Source: Lama guanicoe
Lineage: Eukaryota
NCBI GenBank assembly: GCA_013239625.1
Contig: MU053873.1
Coordinates: 446,524-510,523 of the forward strand
Length of the DNA stretch: 64,000 bases
Direction: 5' to 3'
Below, one piece after another: positions 52,250-64,000 of this stretch. Numbering within the stretch: the stretch's first letter is position 1; the number at the start of each line of letters is the position of its first letter. A program made the translations under genes and the position numbers. The notes under the pieces were generated by a model. That model did no database searches. It was not told the DNA's origin and saw only the letters and a program-made list of their open reading frames with translations.

Positions 52250-52469
52250 CAGTGGCTCTCAAGTGGGAGCAATTTTATCCCCCAGGGGACAAGTGACAAT
52301 GTCTAGAGACATTTTGGTTGCCACAGCTGGGGATAAGGGGAGGTATACTACTGGCATCTAGTGGGTAGAGGCCAGGAGTACTGCTCCACATCCTACGGTG
52401 CACAGAAGAGTCCCCAACAAAGAGTTATCTGGGCCAAAATATCACTAGTGCTGAGGTTGAGAAATCCTG
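52250..52469 (+). mobile_element. MER20 hAT-Charlie MITE
   Basis: CAGTGG.TCTCAA...CCCCCAGGGGACA..TG.CAATGTCT.GAGACATTTT...CTACTGGCATCTAGTGGGTAGAGGCCAGG...GAGGTTGAGAAA.CCTG. Confidence 0.88.
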
Positions 52470-53769
52470 CTTGACCAACCCAAAGCCATTTGGATTCCAG
52501 GCTCAGAATCAAATCCAAGTCACTCCACTGAATGCAGCTGAGCCCACTCTGGATCCGCAATGCAGCCCCGCACTGGAGCCAGCAGGACTGTCCAGCAAAG
52601 ACCCAGGAAAGCAAGGGGCCTGAGAGCCAGAGAATGGAGCCCGGCCACCACCGGGGCACCATACTCTTGTGCCAACTTTGCCCTTGGTCCAGTGCATTCC
52701 AAAGTGAGCCCCTTGCAGATTCCTGCATAATTTCTTGGCCCTGGTGATCTGTGCTTCGGGGGACCTGGGGAGGTCTGTGGCTCCATGCCCAGGGTCCCAA
52801 CTCCATTTCTACCTGTTTGCCTGGCATTTGCTGTACAAAACTGGAAATTAATAATTCATCTCACAGGATGAATAATTCAACAGAGCGGACAAAGGGCTGC
52901 TGATGATGGTTGGCATCACAAAAATGGCCTATGTGGCCTTCAAAAGGGAGAGGGGAAAGGAGACTCTGCAGCCAGGTTAGTGTCTGGACCCATATGGCTC
53001 TGATACTAGACACCTGAAACAAGCCCTCCTTTTGAGCAAGGGGAGCTGATGAGGACATGGGGGCTGCCAGAAGGGAATCTGGGACCTTATCCCTCTCCCA
53101 CATCACCTCTAGCCTCTCAAGCCGTCAGTTTATTACAGCCCAGCTTAACTGGCACCTATTCCAGGAAGCTTTCCCTGATACTCCCAACCAAGTGAAGCTG
53201 AAAAGGCATTTCTCTCTGATCGCACGTGTTAGCCAATTAGCCCTGACTGCTGCTGGCCCCGCAGCCTCATACTAGGCTATGTTTCTGCTGCCAGAGATTC
53301 TTGGGCCGTGGAGTAGCTTTTCTAGCAAGAAGGGAAGGAGAGATTCAACAAAGAGCTAGTGTGAGTGATTCTTAGCGTTTGGGGATCTTGCTCCTTTGAG
53401 GTTGGGAGAAAACCCAGCAGCTCCTCTACTGAAAATAGCTCCCCAGTATCTGCAGACATTTCAGAGGATGCATTGATCCTGGGAGCCCCTTCATTGACCC
53501 AAGTTTAGAATTCCTGCCTCATGGGGAGACTTCTGTGAAGGAGAGGAACTACCATTATTCAGGGTATGGAAAACAGCTCAGTCCCCCAGCCTTGCATTGC
53601 CTTAAAACAGCTGTGTCCCACGTGCCAAGGTATTTCAAGGAAGCGAATGACGAGCAAGAAGCTATTAGATGCCTGCCTGTGACCATGGGTAATTCATTGC
53701 CTATCTCTGGGCTACAGTTTCTTTACTTAAAATTAGAAGAGTTGGTCTAGATTATCTTAGTGCTTTGAT

Positions 53770-54330
53770 TCGATCATTCATTCAGCAGATCTTATTGCAC
53801 ACTATTAGGTGCCAGGTACCAAACTGAGAGCTGGGAATAAGGCGAGTAAACAAAACAGATGCGGTCCCTAACTTGTCAGGACACGTAGCTTAATCAGGGA
53901 GGCAGTCACTGATTAAATAATCACACAAACCATACAAGATGATGAGCTGTGATCGATGAAGAAGTGCAAGGAGCTAAGAGTGTGTGTATCTGGGGAATGA
54001 TTGTAACCTGGGGAAAGAGGAGATGGAGTCTTTACCTTGATAAGGAGAACATGGGGGGCATTTCAGGCGGAGGAAGCAGCATGGGCTAGTGCCTGGAAGT
54101 GTGAGGGCGCTGGGGCACTTAAGAAATTAGAAGATGAGGGGGTGGGCATAGCTCAGCAGTAGAGTGTGTGCTTAACATGTACAAGGTCCTGGGTTCAATC
54201 CCCAGTACCTCCATTTGAAGAAAAAAAAAAGTTAAAAAAAGAAAAGAAGTTAGAAGATCAGACTGGCCACATTCTGGAGTCCTCTGGGGACTATGAGGCT
54301 CAGGGAGTGAAAATCCAGGAACATGAGAAG
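53770..54330 (-). mobile_element. L2 fragment interrupted by a SINE
   Basis: TCATTCATTCAGCA..T.TTATTG..CAC..T..GTGCCAGG..AGTAAACAAAACAGA..CGGTCCCT. Confidence 0.65.
54136..54243 (+). mobile_element. Vic-1-like SINE inserted in an L2
   Basis: Typical head and A-tail; TSD AAGAA(A/G)TTAGAAGAT at 54121-54135 and 54244-54258. Confidence 0.88.
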
Positions 54331-55575
54331 GTAAGGGTCCCCTCTTTTCATGATAGTCAAGGCACATCATGCAGTAACTTCTTTTCATGCTCTCCTAAGG
54401 AAAGCTAAAGAGCTGGCACTATGCCACTGCATGGAGACCCCAGGTTTAATGGTGAAAAACGTAAGTACCAACCTTTCCTGTCACCAGAGTAGCTGGAGGT
54501 GTTTTTTGAAAGCCCTTTGTCTCAGATCCTACAGGAAAAGTGAGATGCTACCAAATAAAAAAATGTTTAATCTTAAAGTGAAGCAAAAATCCCCCTCCCC
54601 CTGCCCAGCCCCTTCTGCAATTTAAACCGTGTCCCAGCCCTTGAGGGATTATTTCTACCTCCCAGTTCTGTGGCTCCATCGTCCCACACTGATGGTTAGT
54701 TAGAGGCCCAGATGTGCCAATTGCCACTTTGATGGGTGGTCTGAGCACAGAGTCTCCAAGCTGCATGGGGCAGACAGAGCCACCCTTTCATCTCTCTGGG
54801 TGGAGCTTTAGGCTGGAGCCAGCACGGAGACTTCAGCTCCAGTGCCCCTTCTGTCCCCCACCAGCTGCTGGACGTTTCTGGGCAAGTCTCATCCCCTTTC
54901 TGGGCCTCAGTTTCCATATCCACAAAATGAGAGATTTGGACTCCACGTTTGATAAGATTCTTTTCTTTGATTTGGGGATTCTCTGCCTTCTGTTGAAAAG
55001 GTATTAACTCAGATATTTTTTTCCCCATCTTTCCAAATACTGTTCTCAGACCAGTGACAGAAGGCAAGACAACCACTATCTGTAAATTATAATGAGTGGA
55101 TAATTAGCTGCTTTCAAATTAAGCCTCCCTTCCTGGAAACCAGGAGGCTTAGTTTTAAAGTTGTGTATCATTATCGTCATTTAATGCTGTTTTCTCACTA
55201 AAACCCAGAGGGGCAGGGAAGAATGACAAGCAGATGTTTTGTTATTAGGGGCCCTGGGGGATGATTTGAGACTTTCACTGTAATGATCATTCTCTAGATT
55301 TTTCTTGAGTCAGCAGAAGCTTTGATGAACTGGACAGAGGGCAGGGGGATTGGATAGACACCGCCTATTGAGAGAAAGCCCGGCTTAACAGAAAGCTGCT
55401 AGGGACAGCAGTTCCTGGCTGGGGACAGGGTGGATTATGAAATTTGTATTTTTATGGAACACTCTGCAAAGAGATTTCACCGCCATTGTTTCACTTTCTC
55501 ATGAGGATACTTTGCTACTGCCTGAGCTCAAACCACTATTATCTTCCACGCAAATCTCTCATTGCGGAGTCTCCC

Positions 55576-56316
55576 TAGTGGTAGATTGCCTGTGAAAACG
55601 GCCACCCAAAATCTATAGAGACAGAAAGTGGATTAGCGGTTGCCAGGTGAATTGGAGAGGAGAGCTAGTTCCTCTCCTCTTGAGTCAGAGCTGCCCTTGT
55701 AACTTGCTTTGGCCAACAGAATATGGAGGAAGTGATACATGAGTTCCAGAGCTTAGACTTTGGAAGATCTGGCAGCTCCCATTTTGACCCTCTTGGGACC
55801 CAGCAACCAGGTAAAGAAGTTTGGGCTAAGACTAAGGTTTCTCAGCCTCAGCACTGCTGATATTTTGGGCCAGATAATTCTTTGTGGTGGTAGGCTGTCC
55901 TGTACATGGTAGGGTGTCTAGCAGCATCCTTGGCCTCTACTCACTAGATGCTCTAGCTGTGACAACCAGAAAAGTCCCCAGACATTGCCACGAGTCCCCT
56001 GGAGGAGAAACACCCCTGCTTGAGAACCACTGGACTAGACTCCTGGAGGATGAGAAACCACGTGGTGAAAAAGTCCCAGCCAGCTGCCAGCTGTCCTGCC
56101 ACACCAGCTGGAAAGCCAGACATACCAGTGAAGCTGTCTTGGATATTCCAGCCTCAATGGAACACCCAGTTAAATGTAGCCAAATGATAACCCTAGCTGA
56201 CACCCCATGGAGCAAAAGAACTGAGCCTAGTCAATTCACAGAATGACAAGAAGTAATATATCATTGAAAGCTACTAACTTTGGGGGTAACTTGTTATGCA
56301 GCAACAGATAACTGCA
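55576..56316 (+). mobile_element. MLT1-family MaLR LTR containing a nested MER20
   Basis: CTTGCTTTGGCCAACAGAATATGG.GGAAGTGA...; 3' end TTTGGGG.TAA.TTGTTATGCAGCAA.AGATAACTG. Confidence 0.7.
55833..56032 (-). mobile_element. MER20 (antisense) nested in MLT1
   Basis: GGTTTCTCA.CCTCAGCACT..TGA.ATTTTGGGCCAGATAATTCTTTGT...CAGACATTGCCA...TTGAGAACCACTG. Confidence 0.88.
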
Positions 56317-57055
56317 ATCCAGACCCATCTCCAATCTTGCCACCATTCATTCTAGAGTTGTTTTTTTAAAATACCTTTCTGAAATTCCTCGGTTCTAGTC
56401 AAAGCTTCCAGGGCCTTCCCTGCTATCAACAGGAGGAAATCCAGACTCCTTAGAATAACCCACAAAGCCCCTCATAATCTAGCCTCTCCTCAAGATACCC
56501 TCGAACCCTGAGATTCACCCTCTACAGGTCTACTTGTGATTTCTTGAACGGTCCGCCCTCTTTCACACCTCTAGGTCTTTGCCCAGGCGGTGCTCTCTGC
56601 CTGTGACGCTCTTCCAACCTGTAAGTTTCCTACATTTCCTAAAAATTCAGATTAAATAGCATCCCCTTCAGAAAGCCCACGCCAAAACCACCATTTGAGA
56701 TGCTTTCTGCCTTATGACCTCAAAACACAAGTGTGCACGTGGGTGATATCACATGTCAAACCATGTCGTAATTCATATTTCAGTCCTCCTGACAAGACTG
56801 TGAAAACCTTGAAGGCTAGAACTGAGTCTGTTGCTTTATTGACAGTACCTGGCACATAATATGTCCTCAATAAATATCTGCTGAGTAGACATAGGTTGAA
56901 CAAGTATTACTATTCCTATTATGCAGATCAGGAAATAGAGACTCAGAAAAACCTAAGTGACTTGTCTAAGGTTACCCAGTGAGTCGGGGGCATAACTGGG
57001 ACTAATACCCAGGTCTTCTGACTCCACCATCAATTAACTTCCCACTTCTTCACCA

Positions 57056-57634
57056 TGTACCTCTCCTGAAAATCCTTGGTCTCCTTAAAGAATACCAGTT
57101 GGTGAATACTCAAGGTGTAACTGGTTGAGCCACACACTTCCACTGAGGTGGGAAGCCCCATAAAAAAAGACAGGCAGGATCCCCAGGCAGGGCCACTACT
57201 CTCCTGCCAGCACCATCTGGTTCCCTGGCCCAGGGGCTTTATCTCACTTTTTGCCTCTGAAATGGCTAACTTCTAGGAAAGTGGAGCCCACTCCTGATTG
57301 GTCCATTTCCCTCACTCCTGACTGGTTATATCTCTCCCTCCTGATTGGTTCATTTCTACAAAGCCTGTTTCTAATTAGTCAATTTTTGTTATATCTTATT
57401 TGCATATGATGCTGCAAAGTGTAAACTGGAAGCCTATAAAAGCCTGTGTAAACCTACAGACAGGGTCCAGAGCTTGGAGTGTTAACTCCTCTGGGCCTGC
57501 TGGCTGGTGTAATAAACCTGAGTTCTCCAATTCTCCTAGTGCTGCTTGGTTTCTTGCCTGGATCCAGGTTGCTGTCACAACTGAGCTGTAATACTAAGCT
57601 GTAACACCAAGCTGTAACACGTTTTTCTGCAACA
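57056..57634 (+). mobile_element. ERV solo LTR with intact promoter motifs
   Basis: TG...CA ends (start approximate); three CTCCTGA(T/C)TGG units, octamer ATTTGCAT 57398-57405, TATAAAA 57435-57441, AATAAA 57511-57516. Confidence 0.8.
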
Positions 57635-58187
57635 CCATCTCCCTATTTCTGTGTAGGGACTTGTACTGCCAGGAACTCCCAGTCATGAGCTTAAACAGTT
57701 AGCAACTTCACCCTCTTGTCCCAGTGGGTACCAGTCATAATCTTTTGGAAAGACCGATCAATTAGATATAAGAAGGACTTGGCATCCACAAGTTATGTTA
57801 GGACAGAAACCCAACTCAAAATGGCTTAGATAAAGCATGAATGAGAAAAGTCTAGGAGTATCTGAATTCAGGTGCACCTGGACGCAGGGACCAAAAGATG
57901 TCATCACCTTCTTTCATTCTCCACTTGCTGCTTGTCATTTCTTTTCTCAGCTCTGCTTTCCTTTGTGTGGGCTTCATTCCTAGGTTCCAGGTAGTGGCCT
58001 CTGGCAGCTCCAGGCTTCACTCATTCTTACTGCCAGCAATCTCATCAGAAAGAGAGCTTTTCCTTCTTCTTGACTCCAATAAAGATCCCAGAATTAGGTA
58101 CAGGTTTGGGTCATATATCTATTCTTGAGCCAGTCACTGTGGCTGAGGGTTTGGAGTATGCTGCTTGCCAGACTCATCCTAGATCAG

Positions 58188-58712
58188 TGTGGTGGACACT
58201 TTCCAAGATGGCCCCCCAGTGATCTTGCCTTCTGATATTCATGCCCTTGTGCAGTCCCCTCCCACACTGAACCAATGCTGGCCTGTGTGACCAACAGAAA
58301 TACGGCTAAAGTCATGGCGTATGACTTTCAAGGCCAGGTCATAAAGACATAGTGCTTCTGCTGTGATCTCTTGGACTGCTCCCTCTGAAGGAAGCCAGGG
58401 GCACTTTGTGGGGATACTCAAGCAGCCCTGCGGTGGGGAATCGAGGCCTCTTGCCAATAGTCAGTACCAACTTGCCAACCATGTGAGTGGATCCCACCTG
58501 ACAGTGGATTCTTCAGCTTTGATTAAGCCTTTAGAGGACTGCAGTCCTGACACCTGACTGCATCTTCATGAGAGATCCTAAGCCAGATCTACCTAGCCAA
58601 GCCACTTTGGAATCCTTAACCAACAGAAACCATATGAGATAGTAGATAATTATTATTGTTCTAAGCCATTGAGTTTTGGGGTGGTTTGTTGCACAACAGT
58701 ACATAACTGTTG
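58188..58712 (+). mobile_element. MLT1F/E-like MaLR LTR
   Basis: TGTGGTGG...AAGATGGCCCCCAGTGATC...ATTCATGCCCTTGTG.AGTCCCCTCCCACA...TAAGCCA.T.AGTTTTGGGGT..TTTGTT. Confidence 0.8.
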
Positions 58713-59703
58713 TATAGCTGTACACCCCTCAACTCTGGGTCAAGATTCAGTCCTACTCCATGTGGACTGCGGTGGAAAGGCTGGTTCTCTGAGGAGTAGT
58801 CAAGCTGCTGTTAGTGGGAAAATAGAGCAAATGAACACTGTGTGAGCCACACAACAGCAAACCCCAACAATGGGTGCCCTGCAAACGCACACTTGCCAGA
58901 GGATTGAGACCCTGATGCAGGGGAGCCAGCTCAGCCCTGTCCAGATGCCTGACCCGCAGGAAATGTGAGGTAGTAAATGTGTGTTGATACAAGCTGCAAA
59001 GTCTGTGGTAATGTGTTAGGCAGGAATACATAACTAATACAGTATTCGACCCCTCTCATCCCATTTCTGGTTCAGGGTCCATCTCCCTTACTTCCTTAGC
59101 ATCCTGCATTTGTCACATTGCCTCATAGACGTTGGTTTTCTTGCCACCCTCTACCTCGTAAGCTCCTTGAGGACAGGTACTGTGCCTATCATTCCCTGTA
59201 GCCCCAGTGCAGACAGCAGGGACTGGCACTAGGAGGGTGCTGGGTAATATATCATGACCCCAGGGCTGGGTAGTGTGCTCCATTACGGGCTCCTGTAACA
59301 CCCTCATGACAATGATGGTGGTGGTTTTTTGAACCTTCACTGTGTACTGAGATGAAGTCAAGGATGTATATTTTTAACTATCTTTCTGTGATGATTCTGA
59401 TGCATAGCTAAGCTTAGGAAACACTACACCACTTGAGACATTCTGTGGAAACTGCATATTGCTCTTAAGATGGCTGTAAACAGTCTTCCTGATTAAAAAA
59501 AAATCCTTTTGTATTGCATACATACAAAAAAATACACAACTCACAGATGCGCAGTTTGATGACTCCCCAATCACTAGCCTCAGAGGTAACCACCATCCTA
59601 ACTCCATGGCCTCTCATTAGTTTTGTCAGTCCTAGAACTTCCAATAAACAAAACTGCAGTTTGTACTACTTTGCGTTCTTTGGCTCAACATATTTACACT
59701 TTT

Positions 59704-59849
59704 AAAAATGTATTTACTTATTTTTTATTGTTGGGGGTAATTAGGTTTGTTTGTTTGTTTGTTTATGTTTAGAGGGAGTACTGGGGATTGAATCCAGGAC
59801 CTCGTGCATGCTAAGCATACGCTCTACCACTTTAACTATACCCTCCCCC
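59704..59849 (-). mobile_element. Vic-1-like SINE
   Basis: Reverse-complement consensus; TSD TTTACACTTTT at 59693-59703 and 59850-59860. Confidence 0.9.
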
Positions 59850-60029
59850 TTTACACTTTTGATTTGTTAAAACTATCTGGATTAAATTTGAACAACGACG
59901 ACTGAGAAGGTTAAGGAAGGAGGTGCAAGCCTGGGATCCTAAGAACCCAGTACCATAGTTGGTTTTTCCAAGAGGTGGAACCATACCTGCTCTCCGCCCA
60001 CCTTTCGTCCTCTCTGCTGGAGCCAGAAG

Positions 60030-60480
60030 AGAGATCGGCGTGGACAGTGGGCGTGGCTACAGCCTGGCCATTTCCTGGTGGGGGCAGAGAGTTAGTCTGG
60101 GGGCGTGGCTCCAGCCTCGGCTTCCCGGCGGCAGTTGGTTCCGGGTGCGGGACAGGACGAGGCTTCCTGTCTGCGCCTGCGGAATCGCCGTTTGACCCCG
60201 GAAGTGCCGGCGCTCCGGGAGCTGTCACCGTGAACGGCGGCGGCGGCGGCACAGCGCCGGCGGTGGAGCCGCCGAGGTGAGTGCGTGGCTGGGCCCTTCC
60301 GGATGTGGGGCATCGGGCCTGAGAGGGGCAGTGGCCATGCCTTACGCGACCTCGGGCCTCCCGATCTCCATGACAGGGCCAAGGCTTACGCTGCCCCAGG
60401 GGCCATGAATCGCCCCCAACTCCCCTCCCCCAGGCCAGGCCTCTGGAGCCGAAAGTCTCGGGTTGGGGGCTCTGCCCCAG
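60030..60480. promoter_or_regulatory. CpG-island housekeeping-type promoter of a plus-strand gene
   Basis: CpG-rich; ETS/GABP CCGGAAGTG 60198-60206; NRF1-like TGCGCCTGCG ~60172-60181; two GGGCGTGGCT KLF/SP boxes (~60049, ~60101); (GGC)5 at 60236-60250. Confidence 0.85.
60200..60276 (+). other. First exon of an unidentified plus-strand gene (TSS approximate)
   Basis: Consensus donor GAG|GTGAGT at 60276/60277 downstream of ETS/NRF1 motifs; no ATG in the exon. Confidence 0.7.
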
Positions 60481-60539
60481 AGTGACCTTGGATGAATCAC
60501 GATCCTCCCACCCTCACCCCGAGCTTCAGTTTACTCAGG

Positions 60540-60800
60540 GTTCATTCATTCATTCAACAAATCTGCCTAGCGCCTCCTACGTGCCAGGCACAGATCTTGG
60601 CACTGAGGATCCAAACAGACGGAGTCAGACAAGGCTTTCGGCCTCCTGGAGCATACAGTCTAGTGGGCGGAGACAGAGAGCCGACAAATAAATGCACTAG
60701 GTAGTTAAAGATGACAGTAGCCGAGGGAGTGAATATTTTAGAGAGGGTTGTCTGGAAAGGTCTCTGAGGAGTGTAATATTGAGACTAGAAGGGGTGAAGA
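60540..60800 (-). mobile_element. L2 3' fragment in intron 1 of the plus-strand gene
   Basis: TTCATTCATTCATTCAACAAAT...AGCGCCTCCTACGTGCCAGGCAC. Confidence 0.7.
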
Positions 60801-62261
60801 CAGTCAGAGAAACTGAGGCAGCAGTAGCCCTGGGGATGCTCCCAGGCCTTATTGTGATTGGTGGCTGCTCCAAGCTCCCCTTCTAAAGAAAGCCCTTCCT
60901 TAACTTTTGGCTTCTGCTGCCCTGCTTGGCACTAGGGATACAGTGCAGAGGGTGGGGCACAGATACCATCATGATCATTGTCATTATCCTTTTGGAACTT
61001 AGAGTCCAGTCTTTGCCTAGTTTTTTTTTTCTACTCATACTTTAGATGAAAACTCAAATCTTCTTGACATCCTCTCTCCATCAAGTCAGTTGTCCCTGTT
61101 AAATGCTGTCATACCTCCATGGACCTACCTGCATAGCATACTCACGGTATTGACTTTTACTTGTTTGTATGGCTATTTGGTTCATATCTGTTTTAACCGT
61201 GAAGACTATAAGCTCTATGAAGGTCCAGAATCAGATCTGTTATTTGCCCAACTTAGTATTCTCCAGGCTTCAGTGCCTGGCACATAGTAGGTACTCAAAA
61301 AATCTTTGACTGAATGAGCTAGAGAATTAACATAGTTATTGCTCTCCAGTGTTTCATAAGAGGCCTCTCCTGCCACCAGGTTATTATCTTCTCTCTCTGA
61401 TCATATCTCTCCTCTACTTAAATGACCACTCACTGCCTTCAGATGAGATGCTAAAATCTTCAGCATAGCATTCAAGGCTCTTTTTAAAATGGCTCCATCT
61501 TTCCTATCCAACCTTGTCTCTCCACTTCTGTCACCACTTCCCTGACCTTGTGTTTTCCATACCAAGTGTCTCCCTCTTCTTCAAGGCCACGGGCTCTGAG
61601 CTTTTCCTCATGCTTGCTCTTTGCTTGGAATACCCTTCCTTGCCATCTTTTCATCCTGTCCTTCTACAGCCAGATTATAGGTCACCTTTTCTGTGACATC
61701 CTCCCTTTCTCTGCTGTGCTTGTTTTGGAAATTTCCAGTTACAAGTCTAACTACACCAAATGATAGTCATTTACATGCCTGGGACCTAGGATGTATTCAG
61801 TTAGTGTTTGCTTAGAAATTGAGGAAGTGCTCTGCCTATGGTTGGGACTTGAATAATAGCATGAAGTCAACTTTACCGAGTGCTTAGTACATGCCAAGTA
61901 CTGTGTTGAACACTTAGCACTGGTTACTTCTCACGTCAGTCCTGAGGGATGATGTACTGTCATTATCCCGATTTTACAGATGAGGCAGTCAAGGCTTAGA
62001 GAAGTTAAGGAACTGTCTCAGGGTCTCAACATGGGTAGGGAAATGTGGAGCCAAGATTTGAACCCAAACTGTAGAACTATAAACTTCTCTTTCAACGACC
62101 ACACCAGCCTGGGTCTGAACTGTCCTGACAGGCACTGGCTTGGACGAGTGGATTTCTTCTGAAAGCAAGTGCTGACTCTACCTGTTGAGGCCTGGACTCT
62201 GGAGCCTAAAATCATACGGATGGAGAGACGTCTCCTCCTTATGACTCTTTCCCTACCCTAG

Positions 62262-62299
62262 GTCCCCACACTGGACTCTGCCACTGCCGTCTCTGGAAG
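62262..62299 (+). other. Candidate 38-nt internal exon of the plus-strand gene
   Basis: Pyrimidine tract ctctttccctaccctag| with upstream tgac branch-like motif; donor AAG|GTGAGC. Confidence 0.5.
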
Positions 62300-63715
62300 G
62301 TGAGCATGGAAAGGACTGGGCCTGTGAGTCATTTAGATGTCTGCGCTGGTGAGCCGACCACTGATGTTTCCAGCTACCTCCCCCAGATCCCTGGGGGATT
62401 AGGAAAGAAGTATTTTTAGCTTGTTCAGCCCAAGAGATCTAGGTGCCAAGGCATGAGAGCTGGGCTTCAGTTTCAACTTGGCCACTCATACATTTGCCTT
62501 GAGCAAATCAGGGTCCCTCTTTGGACATCTGAGCATAATAAGCCTTCTCGTCCTTAACTGTGTTGTTGTGAGAAGCTGGTAAGACAGTAACTTGATTAGA
62601 AATAATGTGCAGGCAACAGATGGTATTATCTACTTTTTGCAAAGATAAAAGATGAAAACTTACTCCAAGGCCCTTTCATTACTTTGCCCGTGATTTTTTT
62701 TCAGACTACCTCCTGTGCAGGTCTGACCTTGGAACAGGCCTTGAGGACTAGACAGACTGATCCTCTCTTTACATCCTGGGTGAAGGTGGATATCTTCACA
62801 GCCTTTAAAGTAGCCCCTGACCCAAGGTTCCTTGTATACGAAGCTGCTTCCCACCTCCTTACCTTTGCTCCTGCTGTTTCTTCTGCCTGGGGCACCCTTT
62901 TTCCCTCCCATTGTCCACTATCAAGACTCAACTCTGGCTCTCCTGATCCTTTAGGTTCTCCTCTAGAAATGCTTTTTTGACAGCCACCCTCCCCACGGGC
63001 TCAACTGCACTAGAGTCAGTACAGCGAATGGTTAAGAGCCAGCCTGCTTCACCAACCACTAATGGGGAGACCTCGGGCAAGTTTCTTATCTTCTCCAAGC
63101 ATCTGTTTCCTCATTGATAAAATGAGGGTAATAACAGGACCAACCTTAGAGTTGTTATGAGCATTAATACATTAATATATTAACGTGTGTAAAGCAAGTT
63201 AATGCTGAGAAAAGCACTTAGAAGTGTACTGGCCCCTGAGAAGCAGTTTCCTGATGCTGCTATTGTCATTATTATTATTGGATCAGAAGCCCCCCCAGCC
63301 CCCCAGGGCAGAGAACCCGCCTTATCAGTCTGTCTTCATAACACCAGGGCCTGGCCTGATATCTGAGATGTGGGCTCTGTGAGGGCTCCGGAAGTGATGG
63401 TTTCCTCATCCTAGCCTTGATGTGTCTTCATGTGGTCACTGAAGCTGTGCTGGCCTTTTACGGCTTGTCTTCAGGGGCCTAAGTCACTTGTATTCCACGA
63501 TTCAACTGCATCATATGCATGTCCCTCCTGTGGGTCAGGCCAAGTGGTACTGAGGAAAGAGTGCTAGATGGGAAGACAGGAGACATGGGGTCTGCAACTC
63601 ACTGACTCTGAGTCCAGTTTGGGCTTCTCTAGAAAGATGCTCACTCTGGCATGTTTCCATGAATTCTGTTGTTCTTCCTGGTCTTTCTGTCTATCCATGT
63701 CCTTCTTCCTTGAAG

Positions 63716-63750
63716 CCTGGAGAGTGGTACAGTCGTAACACCCTCTGCAG
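63716..63750 (+). other. Candidate 35-nt internal exon of the plus-strand gene
   Basis: Long pyrimidine tract 63665-63711 ending gaag|; donor CAG|GTGAGG. Confidence 0.4.
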
Positions 63751-64000
63751 GTGAGGAAAGACCCAGGACTCCAATCCCCAAAAAACTTAAAATCTGCTTA
63801 GAGTTGTAAGAAAAGTGTCCTCATATCAGTGGTTCATCGGTTATTTGATTTGACTCTGTGCTGGTCACAGGAAAGGTAGAAAGAAGGAGAGCTCAGGCAG
63901 TCTTCACAGAGCTCACAGGCCAAGGAGGGCAGGGCACCGGAGCTGTAATAAAGATAATCTAGGTGCTTTTAACCAGCACTTCTCAAATTGGGTGCATACC

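Noticed and set aside
52393-52827. 144-aa minus ORF and overlapping ORFs
   Set aside because: Ends within MER20, no recognisable domain, no splice support.
57291-57620. Spaced short repeats resembling a CRISPR-like array
   Set aside because: Only three short units inside an LTR (U3/U5 repeats); eukaryotic context; no cas genes.

Overview
This is mammalian genomic DNA, most likely camelid (alpaca/llama/camel), judged from several Vic-1-like tRNA-derived SINEs and cetartiodactyl-type L1 3' ends. It contains no prokaryotic systems, CRISPR arrays or intact protein-coding exons that I can support, and nearly all of the supplied ORFs are spurious. (1) About 1-33.5 kb is the AT-rich 5' portion of a large minus-strand gene. 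It has a CpG-island first exon (donor at 33306/33305) and a 255-nt uORF-rich second exon (11910-11656). The gene is tentatively TMCC1, from recalled exon architecture only. (2) About 34-60 kb is a GC-richer, repeat-rich intergenic interval with a Charlie1-like transposon, solo LTRs, MER20/MER58, MLT1, L1/L2/MIR, and a TSD-flanked ELOB processed pseudogene that captured a long 3' UTR. (3) About 60.0-64 kb holds a second CpG-island promoter and the first exons of an unidentified plus-strand gene with two candidate microexons (38 and 35 nt). The best leads are a spliced 24-aa uORF microprotein within a structured multi-uORF leader, inverted L1 ends bracketing that exon (possible circRNA), a three-layer retro-insertion stack at 43 kb with an ancient L1M fragment re-mobilised into a young SINE, the long-3'UTR ELOB retrocopy, a permuted L1 tail, and a promoter-motif-rich solo LTR upstream of the second gene. 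All five N-runs fall inside old L1 copies. Repeat subfamily names come from recall of consensus sequences and need RepeatMasker/Dfam confirmation.
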